Below, piece by piece: positions 25,143-38,398 of a DNA stretch of 64,000 nt. How positions within the stretch are numbered: position 1 is the stretch's first letter; each line of letters begins with the position of its first letter. The notes beneath the pieces were generated by a model. It saw only the letters and a list, made by a program, of their open reading frames with translations, was not told the DNA's origin and did no database searches. The DNA comes from Lingula anatina (taxonomy: Eukaryota > Animalia > Brachiopoda): NCBI GenBank assembly GCA_051362555.1, contig CM120645.1, positions 3,348,001-3,412,000 of the forward strand, written 5' to 3'. The translations under genes and the position numbers were made by a program.

Positions 25143-27608
25143 ATGCACTTGTTCTTGGCTATAGTGCTGTTTGCCAGCCTGGCGGTTGCCGAAGGTAAGT
25201 TCCAACATGCTTCGTAGGTCGATCTTGCTCTTACCAAGGGGTTTCACGAACCTTTGACTGCATTTCCATTTGAAAGCTCTTAGAACGCTAGACCTAACCT
25301 AGTGTAGGAACGTTTCCCGGAAAACGAGATTTAAACAGAGACCGTAACAGAGATAGTCGCCCACTGTTCTCCGGGCTCTATTCATTTCGACCAATGAGAG
25401 ATCGGCCAACGCGCTCCACCCCAAAGTGTGTAATGTCCTTTGTTAGAACTGCTTGCTTTTAGAAACTTCAGTTAAAGTTTTTGCTACAGCTACCCCCGTA
25501 GAAGCCTAAAAGTTGATCTTAAGACGAAATATTTAGCGCTCCAGTTCAGGATAAACCCATAGCGGTCTATTAAAATAAAGGTTTGGTACGAGGCATTATT
25601 TAGTGAGGAACCACTGCTTAATTTGTCGTCCAAAATATAGTTAAATAAACAAGGATATGCCTACTTTAAGAAACTGATAACATACCTGACAGAGGCGCCC
25701 CTTCCAATCGCTGAGCTTTGGTGCTTCAGAGATTTTTAGTTCATCAATATCAAAACAAAGAATTCAGTTTTAAGTGAGGGTCCGAAAACATTAATTGTCA
25801 AGTAACCGTGCAGCTACAGTGTAGCACACAAGTTTATTATTGATTATTGCAAGAAAATCAACTTCTGAGATTATGTATATTTAACCAGTAAACCCGATAA
25901 CCTGCCGATCGCATTCTGGTATGTATATGAATAACCATTCAACGTAAGATGATACCCCTGTATGTCCAAGAACATGTACATCTGCAATCTCTGAGTCTTG
26001 AACTGAAAAACCAAGGTTGTTTTTCGCAGATGGATTGCACGACTAGGAAAGCTCGTTGACAAATATGAAACAAAAAAAAAAAAAAAAAAAGAAATAAAAT
26101 TCAAAGTTCACACTCATGAATTTGATGTTGATTATCACATATTGTAATTTAATGGAAATTGTAATGGTCCAAATTCGAAGGAGGTCAGAGAGTGCAAGAA
26201 ATGTGTTCTCCAATCAGTCGCATGCCAAGTTGAATAGGTCAATCACTATAGCAAAACACAGTCAAGGTAAAAGCTAGTGTTATATTTCTTTTTCTTGCCA
26301 CTTGAAATAAGGTAACAAGGGGTTGGAAAGACAACCCCTTTATTTTCCTTGCAAAAAGGGGGTAATAAACTCAGTGAACTGCTTCAACTGATATATATCG
26401 ATGACGGTTTTGCTTCCTAACGTCGTTTCATCGATTGATTGATCGATTTTAGGTTGATACATGGAACGATGTTAGTTTGGTAATCAAGTTGAAGGGTCGT
26501 TTTAGTGATCTCTTGGTTTATTAATTAGTTTTTCAGCTGATGTTTTTTTGCAATTGATCGATGATTTATTCAATCGTTTCATTTGTTGTATGGATGACAA
26601 TGTAATTAAATTATTAAAATTTCAATAACTTCATTAGTTGATTGATTGATTGTGAAACAGCTCGATTGAGTGGTTAATTAACCAATATGGCGAACGACTG
26701 GTTTGTATGATAATGTCGTCCAATTAGTAAATGACAGACGGTTACTTTGGTTTGCAGGGGGATACGTCAGCCCTAGGTTCCTTGTTAGGCACAGGTCTAG
26801 CGGCCGATGTTACGCCTATGCTCATTGGTGGTCTTGGGGCCATCATTATGAAAAATTCCGTGCAGACGATTGCCCCAAAGCGGCTGAACTAGAATGGCAT
26901 CAGAAGGAAGGTCACTGGGGCTAACTGAAGGTCGTGGGCAGTGGCGGACATTGTTTGAATCCCTTCGGTGGCTGGGCTGAACCAGGAGATAATACAGCAA
27001 TTTTCCCACACCCAAATTGCTACAATTCTGCATTGTTTGCAATCGACCAAGAAAAGGGCTACATCAAACATTCTGGGGGCAAATATGTTCACCCGTACCC
27101 ATATAACGGTGAAATGCCACGCTTGCATTCCGATACGATGATACACGCAGGAACTTTCGCAAATATGCAGTTTGACTTTGTTAACTATCACCTCCAGAAA
27201 GTTCAGGTTATTCCATACCCATCAGTTGTCGGACAATGGGTTAAAATCAACTGTTGGGGTCATGTAAGCGCTGGGACTTTGTCGTATGAATTCACTTCTG
27301 GCGTCACTAAAACCGAGTCCTCGACGTTAACAAATTCATGGGAAATGACCATTGAAGTGGCCAAAAAAGTCATTACAGCCAGCGTCACCTATAGTGGTTC
27401 TTACTCATCCTCCTACGAAACGCAATGGAGCCAGGAACGGAAAATAACCAGAACTGTCACCATCACTGAACCTGTGGGCACCCTGTGTTTGTGGCAGTGG
27501 CAGTATATATTTGAGCAGTTTAATGATAGATATGTGTTCAAACCCCTTGTTATGCAGGAAACCCGTTCTGACGTGAAACCAACCAATATCCCCAGAAGCA
27601 AAAAGTAG
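25143..27608 (+). pseudogene. Mytilectin/aerolysin chimera, copy B, with a single premature stop
   Basis: Exons 25143-25194 and 26758-27608 have intact splice sites; TAT(Tyr)>TAA at 26922-26924 (WGYLK > WG*LK). The rest of the frame is open, with one extra codon. Confidence 0.8.
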
Positions 27609-28594
27609 AAATTGGTCCAATTACCTGTCAATCTTATTCATTTAGAATATCTTTATTTTTTCTTTCTCTGCTATGCTAAATTTCACGGATTGGGTTTTTG
27701 TCTCTTTTTCCCACTGTCCTTTCTTTTCAGTATTCAGATTTTTCTGATGACATACCTATAGAGGTATTTAGCGAACACACAAAGGCGTTTTTTTCTGGTT
27801 GGGTTTATGTAATAAACAGTGGAGCACTAAGGTTGCTGTCGCTGAGAATTACAAATTCTAAAATTTGGTATTTGAATTCAATTCATTGTAAACAGTATCA
27901 CCATAATGAAATCACTTTAAAAACCAAAAATATGATATTTTGTGATACACGTTTCTCACTTTAATTGGCTTCGTAGTGCACGATCACTACCTTATATTAT
28001 ATTATATTATATTATATTATATTATATTATATACCTCAATACCTCAACTTGTAGTCATATTAACTTATCTTTATTTCTAACTCTGATACATCTCTTATTT
28101 TGGTGAAGGAACCAAAAAAATGAGCAAAATGATAAAAAAGGTTCTGATTCTTAATGGACAGTTGTTCAGCATGGAGGACATCTTTCACCCAAAGTTAGTT
28201 TCACCAAGGAGGTAGTTGTTGGGACTCCTTGGTTTCACACATTTCGATTTTTGACAGTACTTGTTAACTACACTAGACCTGTTAATCCACATAATTGTAA
28301 TAAAAGTAGAAAGATTCAGGACCACAGACACGTGTTTGACTTGTATTTCTCTATCACGTCTCCGCGATTATTATTCTGTTTTCTTTGCACACGTACATTA
28401 TCACTATTCGGGATCAGTTAATCTTAAATCTAGGAGTAGGCCTATTCAGGCATTAAGCATATACTCGTTAAAAAACAAAACTTGTAACACAAACCAATTG
28501 TTTAAAAAATTTTAAGACTGGGTTCCCATGCCTACATTGATTTAACAGGATCGAACCATCTCCGAGAGGTTTCTCGCTAAATTGCTTCAAGCTT

Positions 28595-29771
28595 TTAAGG
28601 GCAGTAGTAGTAAAACAACCAAAGACATAGAAACAATGCCCTGTTCTCACAAGTTTTTATGAAAATATAAAACGTACTTCCCAAAAGGCCAATTTAAAAC
28701 AGAGATTCTAAAAGTGCAATCTCCAATGGATGACGCTGTCCATAGCGCCATTATGGGGGGAAAATACCGTTATTGGTTTTGAGATTTTCTCCATAACCAA
28801 GAAAGCTATTCAAGTGGTTCAAACGACATCGTAAAGCTGGGTGAAAGAATTATAAAAGGATACCAGAGAATTGTCTTTAACTATTTCATTTTGACTTTAT
28901 CGTCTTTTGTGTTAAATTACCCCATATTTCAATGGGTTATTCACTTCACTTTCAAACAAACTTTCAAACAAACAATTTCCTCCAAAATCCCTGATATCTC
29001 TCTGTAGTTCACATCCCCAACAACAATTATATAGTGCAATTTTCGTACATTCGGTTGCTCAGATAGTGAGATATACTTCAGTCCCGTAGCCAACAATTTC
29101 AAAGGGGATTCTTTTTCCGAAAAAAGTGGACCTTTTTACCGTGAGACCTACATGTGATGTATTTTTATGTTTTCATAAAAGACAGAGATAGCGATCAGCT
29201 GGCTACATAGGCTTTATTTACATACAGGCTCCCCCATATAACTTTTAAATAGACAACGAACCCCCTAAGTGGACCCAACTTGACTTGAGAAATGACAAAG
29301 AACCTAGAGCAAATTTTGGTTCAGAGCGGACCTTTTCTCAGAAATAAGGGTGGATCGTTCAAACCCCCCCCCCCCCCCCCCCCCCCCCGGCTACGGGCCT
29401 GTACTTGGAACCGATTCACTTATCTCGTCAACCTGAAAAGCTGTTAAAACAGCCAAAAACGTTCACAGGCTGATTTGCAGATCTTATTAGAGAAATACTT
29501 AGCTGAGAAATTTACCTGTTATCGGTAATACGATGAGATGGAACCAATGCTTATTGTCATCTAGATATATTTTGTTTAGGTGCTTTGAAATGCCAGAAAA
29601 TCGTGTTTTTGTAACATTTTCTGAAAAACACATCAAAAGACACATTTTGCGGTGCAAACTCCAAAACATTATTATATTCAATGTTAGATACTTTTTGATA
29701 AATATTAACATACAAAAAAATCACAAACATGATTTTAAGGCCATTTTACCCTACTACCCCCCCCCCCTTAA
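28595..29771. mobile_element. Putative Kolobok-like non-autonomous element (TTAA-flanked)
   Basis: TTAA-gggcagtagtagtaaaa ... ttttaccctactaccccc-TTAA imperfect inverted ends. Confidence 0.45.
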
Positions 29772-31243
29772 GCGGCCTAGATGTCTGGCACGCCTACTGA
29801 AGCTGCTAAACGATCTTTAATTACCCCCTAACAGCTTCAGTAGGCGTAACGGACATCTAAGTTGATTGCAATTTAGAGATAATCTACTTGGAGATAGATC
29901 GATCCACAGTTAGTACGATGGGGTCTGGGAATGGCCCCTATGTTGAAATAATAACTTGCCGTCGCTTAAGGTTTAGTACATGCACAAAGGGAGGGGAAAT
30001 GTCTAATTGGGTTAGTTTGACATATAATGACTTATTATGACACTAATGGAGCACGACGAGAAGTCAATATTTATCTGGAGCTTTACCTTGGCAAGTGAGG
30101 TACGAGAACGGGTATACCCGGTCAAACTTGAGCGTATTCACGGTCAGTGGGATCGAAAAAGAAAAAGAAAGCTTTCTCGCGATTCTTTCTTTATTTTCCT
30201 CATTGCATTTAAGAACAGGAATGTTTTTTCTTCAGGTCTCTAATATGCGGGGGGTAGGAAGTGGTGGTGGAGGAGGTGACACCCCCCCCCCCAAAAAAAA
30301 AAAAAAAAAAAAAAAAAAAAGAAAGAAAATAAAAGAAAAGATTTAAAAAAAAGAATTTTGGGCATCTATCAAGCTGTTAGGCTTTCCTTTCTCCGAGGCC
30401 GAGTCTGTCCTTCGGTCAGTATCGAGACGGGTACCAGAGTCGGTACAAATAACCTGCTGACAGGTACACTGTACGACTTCAACAGCTGCCCCCAGCATTT
30501 CACTCAGCCTACAGCCCCTGACCTAAGTATTTAAAAACGGAGTACCAGTTTTTCAGCTCTACATAATGCATATTGTTGTGCTTATTTCGCTCAATACAGG
30601 GAACGTTTTATTATTTTTAATATTATAACTATTATTATTATTATTGAAAAAATAAAGCTTTACGCGGAATTGTGATGGTATCATTTTCAGCAGAATATAT
30701 ACGCGCACCTGTACAGAACTATTTTATCTGGTAAATACGCAAGGAATTCGTAACTGACACAGGTAAATATAATATTGGCGAAACTCCAGTTTAATACCAC
30801 TTCTTCCTTGTGTATTTGGTTCTATTAAAGCACGAACAAAGAACTGGCTCACGTGACCAAGACAACACACTATACATGACAAAAACAGAGGTCAGAATGG
30901 ATCAGTGTATTCAACCAGCTGATTCGCTTTTTCCAAACAAAGGCTTAGACTTGCCAAGCAAACCTACGCAACGTATGACACATCGTCATTGTTGTGATGC
31001 CCGCGCTCTCGTGCCCGCGTGTATATATGTGCGTGCACGCTCACCCCGGTGTGAACATTTAGATCGCTTCATGCAGTGAACCTTGTCATACAAAGCTACA
31101 AAACCACTTCGTTGGTTTTGAACAATTGCATTTGCTTGACGGGTTTGTTTTGGTTTCCTAAGCTCACGTCATAGATATATTTATATATATATAGATACAC
31201 ACACTGCACGACTGCTGTGGGGGAAAATAAAACTACTTTCAAC

Positions 31244-34200
31244 ATGACGGCGCGGAGAGCGTTATTCTTCGTGGTCATCTCTACCATTGGCCAGACAGCG
31301 TCCGAGAAAGCGCCGGACATTCCACTGGCCAGGCGATCGCCCGTGGTTTTGAAAAACAACGGCTACGATGGATTATTAATTGCCATAGGAGGCGCTGTTC
31401 CCCAATCTGACCAGCTTTTAAAGAACCTTAAGGTAGGAAAACATTATACTTTGTTTGTAATTACTGTATAAATGGATTTGTATTTAAAACAAAATGACTT
31501 TGAATGACATCGAATTATAGACATGGTACTGCGAAATAGAAGTGCAGATGATATAGGACATTAATTTACCTGTGAACCAGGAAGGGCTTCAGTTCACATC
31601 CACAGTACTTTTATATTACACAATGACAAAAAAACGCCAAGTCATACTATGCAGAGGGTATTAGTAGCGAGTAACCCTCTCCTTATTGCTGTTGATAGAA
31701 TTTTCGACCTCCCTCCGTTGTATTTCGGACGCCTTTGGCGGGCCCATAATTAGGAGTTGCTATTTTGTTTGTTTGTTTTGTTTTGTTTTGTTTTGTTTTG
31801 TTTACATTTTACAGAAAGTAGTAGGAATTTCGCATGGTGACACGTTTATGTCAAACTCCAATCAATATCAAATATTGACGACTCAACAGTTCTTCCAGGC
31901 AGAATTTGTCCGACATTGCGTTTGAAATAAAACAAATAACCCCTCTTTTGTTTACCTAATGTGTCACGGCCCTTAAAATACCTGTACCAATACGTTAGCG
32001 ATCGAAGTACACCCCCATTCGTAAACAAATATAGGTCGCATTGGCATTGTATACATAGCGAATAGTACGTGTATAAAAGCGCTCAGTTGTCGATCCCGGA
32101 TATATGGAGGGGGGGGGGGGGGGGGGAGGGCTGATCTCCCTAAACCTGTGCGACTGGGTGTTAAATAAAACGTAAAGCTATTTTTTCGCAGTACCAAGTG
32201 TAAGATACAACCTTCTTTGCCTCCCCCCACCCCCCCATTTTTGGGGCGAGGGGGGTTGAAAGTAGGAGTGATTCCACCTTGCTTTTACATTTCACCCATT
32301 TATCAGGAGATTGGAAAAAGAAAAAAAAAGAATACATCTAATTATTTTCTGTTGAATGAAATTGGACTGATTATAAGTGGCAAAACTTTTGATGCGAAAA
32401 CGAAAAGACGTGACACAGAAAGAGGTACAGTGCAACGACCCATGCCGTGTTCCATATATTGTGCAGCGAAATAGTGCACAACAATAAAATCTCGTTGAAT
32501 TATAAACGGTATTCTTGGTTTAGATAAGAAAAGAAATGTGAATTAATCAACTCTAAAGGTAAAGAACAAACGGCGAAAGCACGCTGAGCTCAATATAGCA
32601 TCCAGTATTGAAATTGAGAATAAAGGTAAATCATTTTACAGAAATAAATCATTTCTACAGAAACCTGAAACTCAAAATGTTTTACCTGTGCGACATGAAT
32701 CGTGGTTTGAGCCTCTTATCAGAGGCCCTCGATCGCATGACCGACTCTTCCGTGTGAGCTCTTTTGAATCTCTCTTTACACAAAAATCTCTCTTTACAGA
32801 AGAGAAAATGAAAAAATGATATCACTGAATTCTGTATAATACATAGTTTTTTTCTGTAAAATATGACGCATAAATTAAACTACGTGTAGTAGGGTATGTA
32901 ATAACTAGCCAGGGCAAATCATCCCTTTAGATGCGTTGACCCTCCACATTTTTTTGCGCGAAAAAGCTCTTTAAATGACCTGCTCTAGTTTGCGATATAT
33001 ATCTTTAATTCCACACCTGTGTTTATATATGTATATATAGATATAACGCTCACATAGTTTTTGCCCTTCACAATTGGAGGGTGTGGTTAACTTTTCAGAG
33101 ACATGTATTTTGCCTTGTAAGACATGTAAATATTGAAACTGTGATTACTGTCGACAACGCTCGAAAGCACGACATAAACTGTCAGTAACGCTAGTTCTCA
33201 AGCAAAGAAAATTGTTAATATGCTTAACAAACTTCACACATATAGAAGTCTCTTGCGGAAAATCCGAAAAAAGCAATCGAATTTTTATTCTCTCGGCGTA
33301 TTACTTCAAAGTCTACCGCGACTGTTTGGGTTTGAATTCAATTTGTTCCTGCCTATAAACTCAGTGTCATGGGTTAAATGACACACCACGTGCGCACCTT
33401 CTGCACTTCAAAGCTTTCATCGTAATATTGCGTTACATTAACTGTGATGATTACCTTAATTCGGGTGGAATTCTTGCGGGTGACCCCATTAAACAAGATT
33501 ACGAAATTAGCTCAGGTTCAATAATTTTGCCCCATAAATATAGATATAGTAACAAAAAATGTATTCGCTAAGCTGTTCTTTTCTACATAATTATTACATG
33601 GTGCGTTTGAGTTTTACGTTTAAAAATGGAAGGAACGAAATTTTCCTATTAGAGAGTGCAATTATCACAGCTGTTTCTCTATAAAGATTTAAGATAAAAG
33701 ACAAATCCCTTTGTTCGGCGCTGTTTTGTAGATGACGAGAAGAAGAGAATATAAACAGCTGCGTGAGAGAAATGCACTATTAATTACTTTAACAAGTATA
33801 AGTTTTCTCCCTTAACATTTAGGACTTACGATGTATTTCCCGAGAAGAATAAAGAAGACAAAACGCTTATTGCAATATATAATATTTTCCATTATTTCTT
33901 TACTTTATTTTATTTTACCCAATCAGTCCAATTTCTTTTCTTGGCTAAGGGTGAATTGCTAATACCTTAACATCTGCCTACCACGACCACTGGTGGAAAC
34001 ACCAGGGAATTTCTAGCATTTATGAAGGTTATGGTTCATATTTCGAATATTAAAAGCGTTCGGCACACAGAAACGCAGGGACAAAGAGCGTCAGTATCAC
34101 CAGCAGAACAAAGGCAAGGCAGCTGGTTCAGATAACCATGTGCGACATATTTCTATTAATATTTTACTCAATTTTTCCACGTTGCATTTTTATAACAACA

Positions 34201-37200
34201 CTGCTGGTATGATAGGCTCACTTGTACTCTGATAATAATGCAATTTGTGTAATGCGTCAACCTGCAGGTATTTATTATAAATGTATGAAATAGATGTATA
34301 TTTGTCCATACCTGCGGCTGCCCAGGCAAAAAAAAATCTCTTATTTAATTTTTATTAAACAGAATGCTAAGGAGAAGAACAACTCGCCGTAATAAACTTT
34401 TTGGGGTTTACGTTTAACAGCGGCACAGGCTTGCATTATTGTCCAACTCAGCTCAGTGTTACTCTATAGGTTTTATAAACTTTTTAAAAAGTTACCTTTA
34501 AAAAAGCCCTACACAGAACAGGTGCTATATGTTGTTGCGCAAATTTCAATAAATATCAAATTACTTTCAGACGTATTGGACCGAGGCATCACGTGCACTT
34601 TACTTAGCTACGCAAAAACGGGCCTACTTCAGGAACATTACGATACTGGTACCCTCCACGTGGTCTGCTGCCGGCGAGTTCCGCGAAGCAACCACGCAGG
34701 TTCTCGACAAAGCTCACGTGATCGTGGACAAGCCGAACTCCCTGTACGGGGATACCCCGTATGTAAAACAGCCACGTGGCTGCGGGCAGAGAGGAGAGTA
34801 CATGCATCTCACCCATGACTTTATCTTGAACAGACAGAGAACAGAGCAATTCTATGGAAACCCAGGTATGATTTCCGATTTGACCAAAGAAGTATGATGT
34901 TACAATGACGGATCGTGTTGGTGGTAGTGGGGATGGGGGGTGGGGGGGGGGTTGGGGGGGTGGGGGGGGGGGTGCACATTATCTTCCCAGCCCTTGAAGT
35001 TTGGTGACACCCCTTTCCCCTCCTTTAAGTATACGAGGATTATTACAAGCGAAATATAAAACTAGAAACAATTCTACATTTAACCTTATTTTTATCGTAC
35101 AATTGACCACATATATTATTTCACATTTGCCGAGTGTAACAATGGAAAAAATGCGCCTATCCCCCCTACACACACACACACACACACCAAACATTTTCTT
35201 TTGTTCGAGACAGCAAGGTGAATTATTTCTTGACCAAGTGACCCATATTTTCAATTTCCAAAATTTCAGGAACCACTCTTGTCCATGAATGGGGTCATCT
35301 TCAGTGGGGGCTGTTTGACGAGCACCCAATGCCGGACCATGGCTATGGCCACTTCTACGCAGGGACGGACGGTCGCGTCAAACCCGTCACGTGCACCGAG
35401 AACGTGAAAGGCGCGTACAAATCACGTGTTGACGGGAGCATTTGCAAGGTGGATCTCAGCACATCGATGCCCGAGGAGGAGTGCATCTTCATCCCCGAGG
35501 ATGTTCAGAGCGCCCCTCGTGCCTCCGTGATGGCACACCACTATTTGTCTTCAGTAAGAATAACTTTAATAGTTTCTGCCACGTTAGCAATAGTTGGGAG
35601 GGGGGGGGGGGTGAACTCGTTTGAGGGGAGGGGGTGAAGAACTCGTTTGAAATTGCCCCTCTTCATTTGGATTATATAATCGTTTTAGAAAAAAATGGAA
35701 ATTTTAGTTGCAGTCTTTTATGTCCTTATTGGTCTTTCCTGAGGTATGGTGAAAATTCACTAGCACGCTGTAGTGTGAACAGTAGAGGCAATTACAGGTT
35801 AGTGGATTTTTTATTCATTCGAAAAAGTTACTTTTCTGTATCAAAACGTTCATATTACTTTCACCAGGTGTCGCTTTTCTGTGACAACGATCCGCATACA
35901 GAGGCCACGTATCATAACATTGAGGCCAAGAACAAGCATAATGACTTGTGCTATCATAAAAGTGCATGGGAAGTCATGAGGGACCATCCAGACTTCAAAG
36001 ACGGTAGGTACTAGATCATGTCAAGTTATAGAACCCTTTCCAAATGAAACTATCCTTTTACGTAGATCAAAATCCGCAGGGACTCGCACCTTTTAGAATT
36101 TTTTGCCGAATTCCATCTAAAAAAACTCTATATTAGTGGTCGAAGGTGGATATAGCCTTTCCTTTCTTAGAAGATTAACGTCTTCAGGTTATCAGCCTCT
36201 TCTTTTGTCACAAAAAGTCTTCAAAACATATGATTAACCAACATTGGCTGAGTGAAATAATTATATCAAATCTGAAAAACTTTACATATAACTGTTATGT
36301 CCTAGCTTAGACTAAGAAATGTAGAAAAATAAGGAAAGTCTGTGTGAAATCCAAGCATCATAATACAAATTATAGAAGCCTAGAATACCTCGAATATAAT
36401 GGAAAAACTATATGCATTAAAAATAAATTCATTTTTTTCTTGATCCACGACTTAGGCGCCAATCCTCCGGCAACTTTGGACCCTACTCCCGCCTTCCATC
36501 TGGTACAGCATAAAGAGGTCCTCAGAGTCGTCGTTGTTATGGACATTTCTGGGAGCATGCGCGTAAGTATCAAGACCAGAGCGAACCAGTCATATTTGTC
36601 TCCACTTCGGCTGTGATGTAAAATATGTTTTGATCAGTCGTTTCGGTTAGTCAGTGTATTATTCTCTTTATTTTTCATCTCATGGTCAGATAATACTGAA
36701 TACCTTTCCGAGAGCGACGAAGCTAGCTAACTCTTAGAGCATCCTTAAGTGAATTGTGTTAACTCTTATAAATATTTTCATCCATTTTGTGCGTCTCTTT
36801 GCAGGAAAACAACAACCACCTAAAACTTCAGCGTGCAGTACAGCGTTTCGTGTTAAACACTGTTCCTGAGAACACTCTAATAGGCCTGGTGGAGTTCAAC
36901 GAGAAGGCAAGAAACCTCACCGTCTTGGAGAAAATCGATTCTCAGCACGCCCGAATACGGCTGGCGGACAAAGTGCCGCTGAGAGCAGAAAACTACACTT
37001 CAATTGGCAACGGAATAAAGAAAGGAATTGAGGTAAGAGCGCTTTAATTTTTGATGAGTCTTGTTTGGATCCGCCATTGACCATTGGAATTTTCGTAAAG
37101 CAGTATCTTTCAGCATCTGTTTATCTTTCGCATTTATATCTCTGATACAAGACACATGTTGGACGTGAAAATAACATGTTCGTACCTTTGGTTAGTTTTT

Positions 37201-38352
37201 ATTTTTTCTTTCATTTAATTTTCGTAATGTGGCATTTTATATTTGCTGTTGAAACTGTCGGTGTCGGGATTTTATGGGTTCTAAGCTATGACTTGTGTTG
37301 GCGTCAAAATACTTCTGCGCCGCCCGGGGATCGAACCCGGATCGCCAGAATGGGAATCTTGCATGATACCACTACACCAGCGGCGCTTTCTATACCACCT
37401 TGTAACACCTTTTGTAATGTACAGCAAGTGGAGTTGTAAATAACGAGTTGTGCTTAGAATCACTCTCAATTTAATTCTTACAAGTGCGTGAAACGCAATT
37501 TTGCCAATGACGTACACCAAGTGCTTGATTGCAATTTGGATTGCCGAAAAGCTTTGTATAAGCGTAGCCATCCCCATTTTAGCTTTTGGAATACTGTTCG
37601 TGCATTGCATTTTTGCTTAGGGGCATTGATTATTTTTGCACCACAATTTGGACTGATGTTGATAACTGTAATAATAATAATCGCTCTCATTTCAGCTCCT
37701 AGAGTACATGAACCGCAATCCTGCCGGAGGGATATTAGTTTTGATTACTGATGGCAATGAGACCATGTGCCCCTGTTTTAATCATACCCTGCCCGAGTTA
37801 AGACAGAAAGGCATCACTGTTAATACCGTGCTTTACACTAAGAACGCCGACCACAACCTGGCCGGGTTGACGAAACATACCAGTAGGTCTTTTAGACGCT
37901 GAGGACACAGTGTGTTTATTCAAATGAACATTTTTCCATTTTTAGTAATTCTTAATACGACATTTGTTTGTCTTCGCTTAAAACGTATTCACTTTTAATC
38001 GTTTGTTTAATTTTCCTTTGAATCATCATTCATGTGAAAGTTTTTCAACTTTTTGCTATTTACAAGAACTTGTTTCTGCCTTTCCAAAATTGCCCAGAAC
38101 CAATACAGAACAAATAATTTAATTAGCCGGATATTGTCTATCAATTTTAATGTTGTTGAATTAAATGTTCTCATGTACACGTATATATTATTTTCAAGAC
38201 GGAGACACTTTCTTCTACTCTGGTAAAACAAATTCCACTGCTTTGGACGACGCCATGACCACTTTTGTTTCTCAAAGGACATTCTTCAGTAGCTCGGTAC
38301 TTATTCTGGTGAGTTATGATACATAAGTGATTTACAGTCACAGTATAGGCAA

Positions 38353-38398
<46 letters not shown>

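Larger units (their letters stand above)
13240..28366. repeat. Tandem segmental duplication, copy B (probably begins near 10520)
   Basis: Colinear with 1-10517 apart from copy-specific indels (13945-15056, 20183-23978, ~24150-24412). Confidence 0.95.

Noticed and set aside
26922-26924. Selenocysteine or programmed readthrough
   Set aside because: The codon is TAA replacing Tyr, not TGA, and no SECIS is evident.
34456-34849. ORF-track proteins over CLCA exon 2
   Set aside because: Wrong frame or strand; the coding frame is TYWTEASRALYLATQKRAYF.
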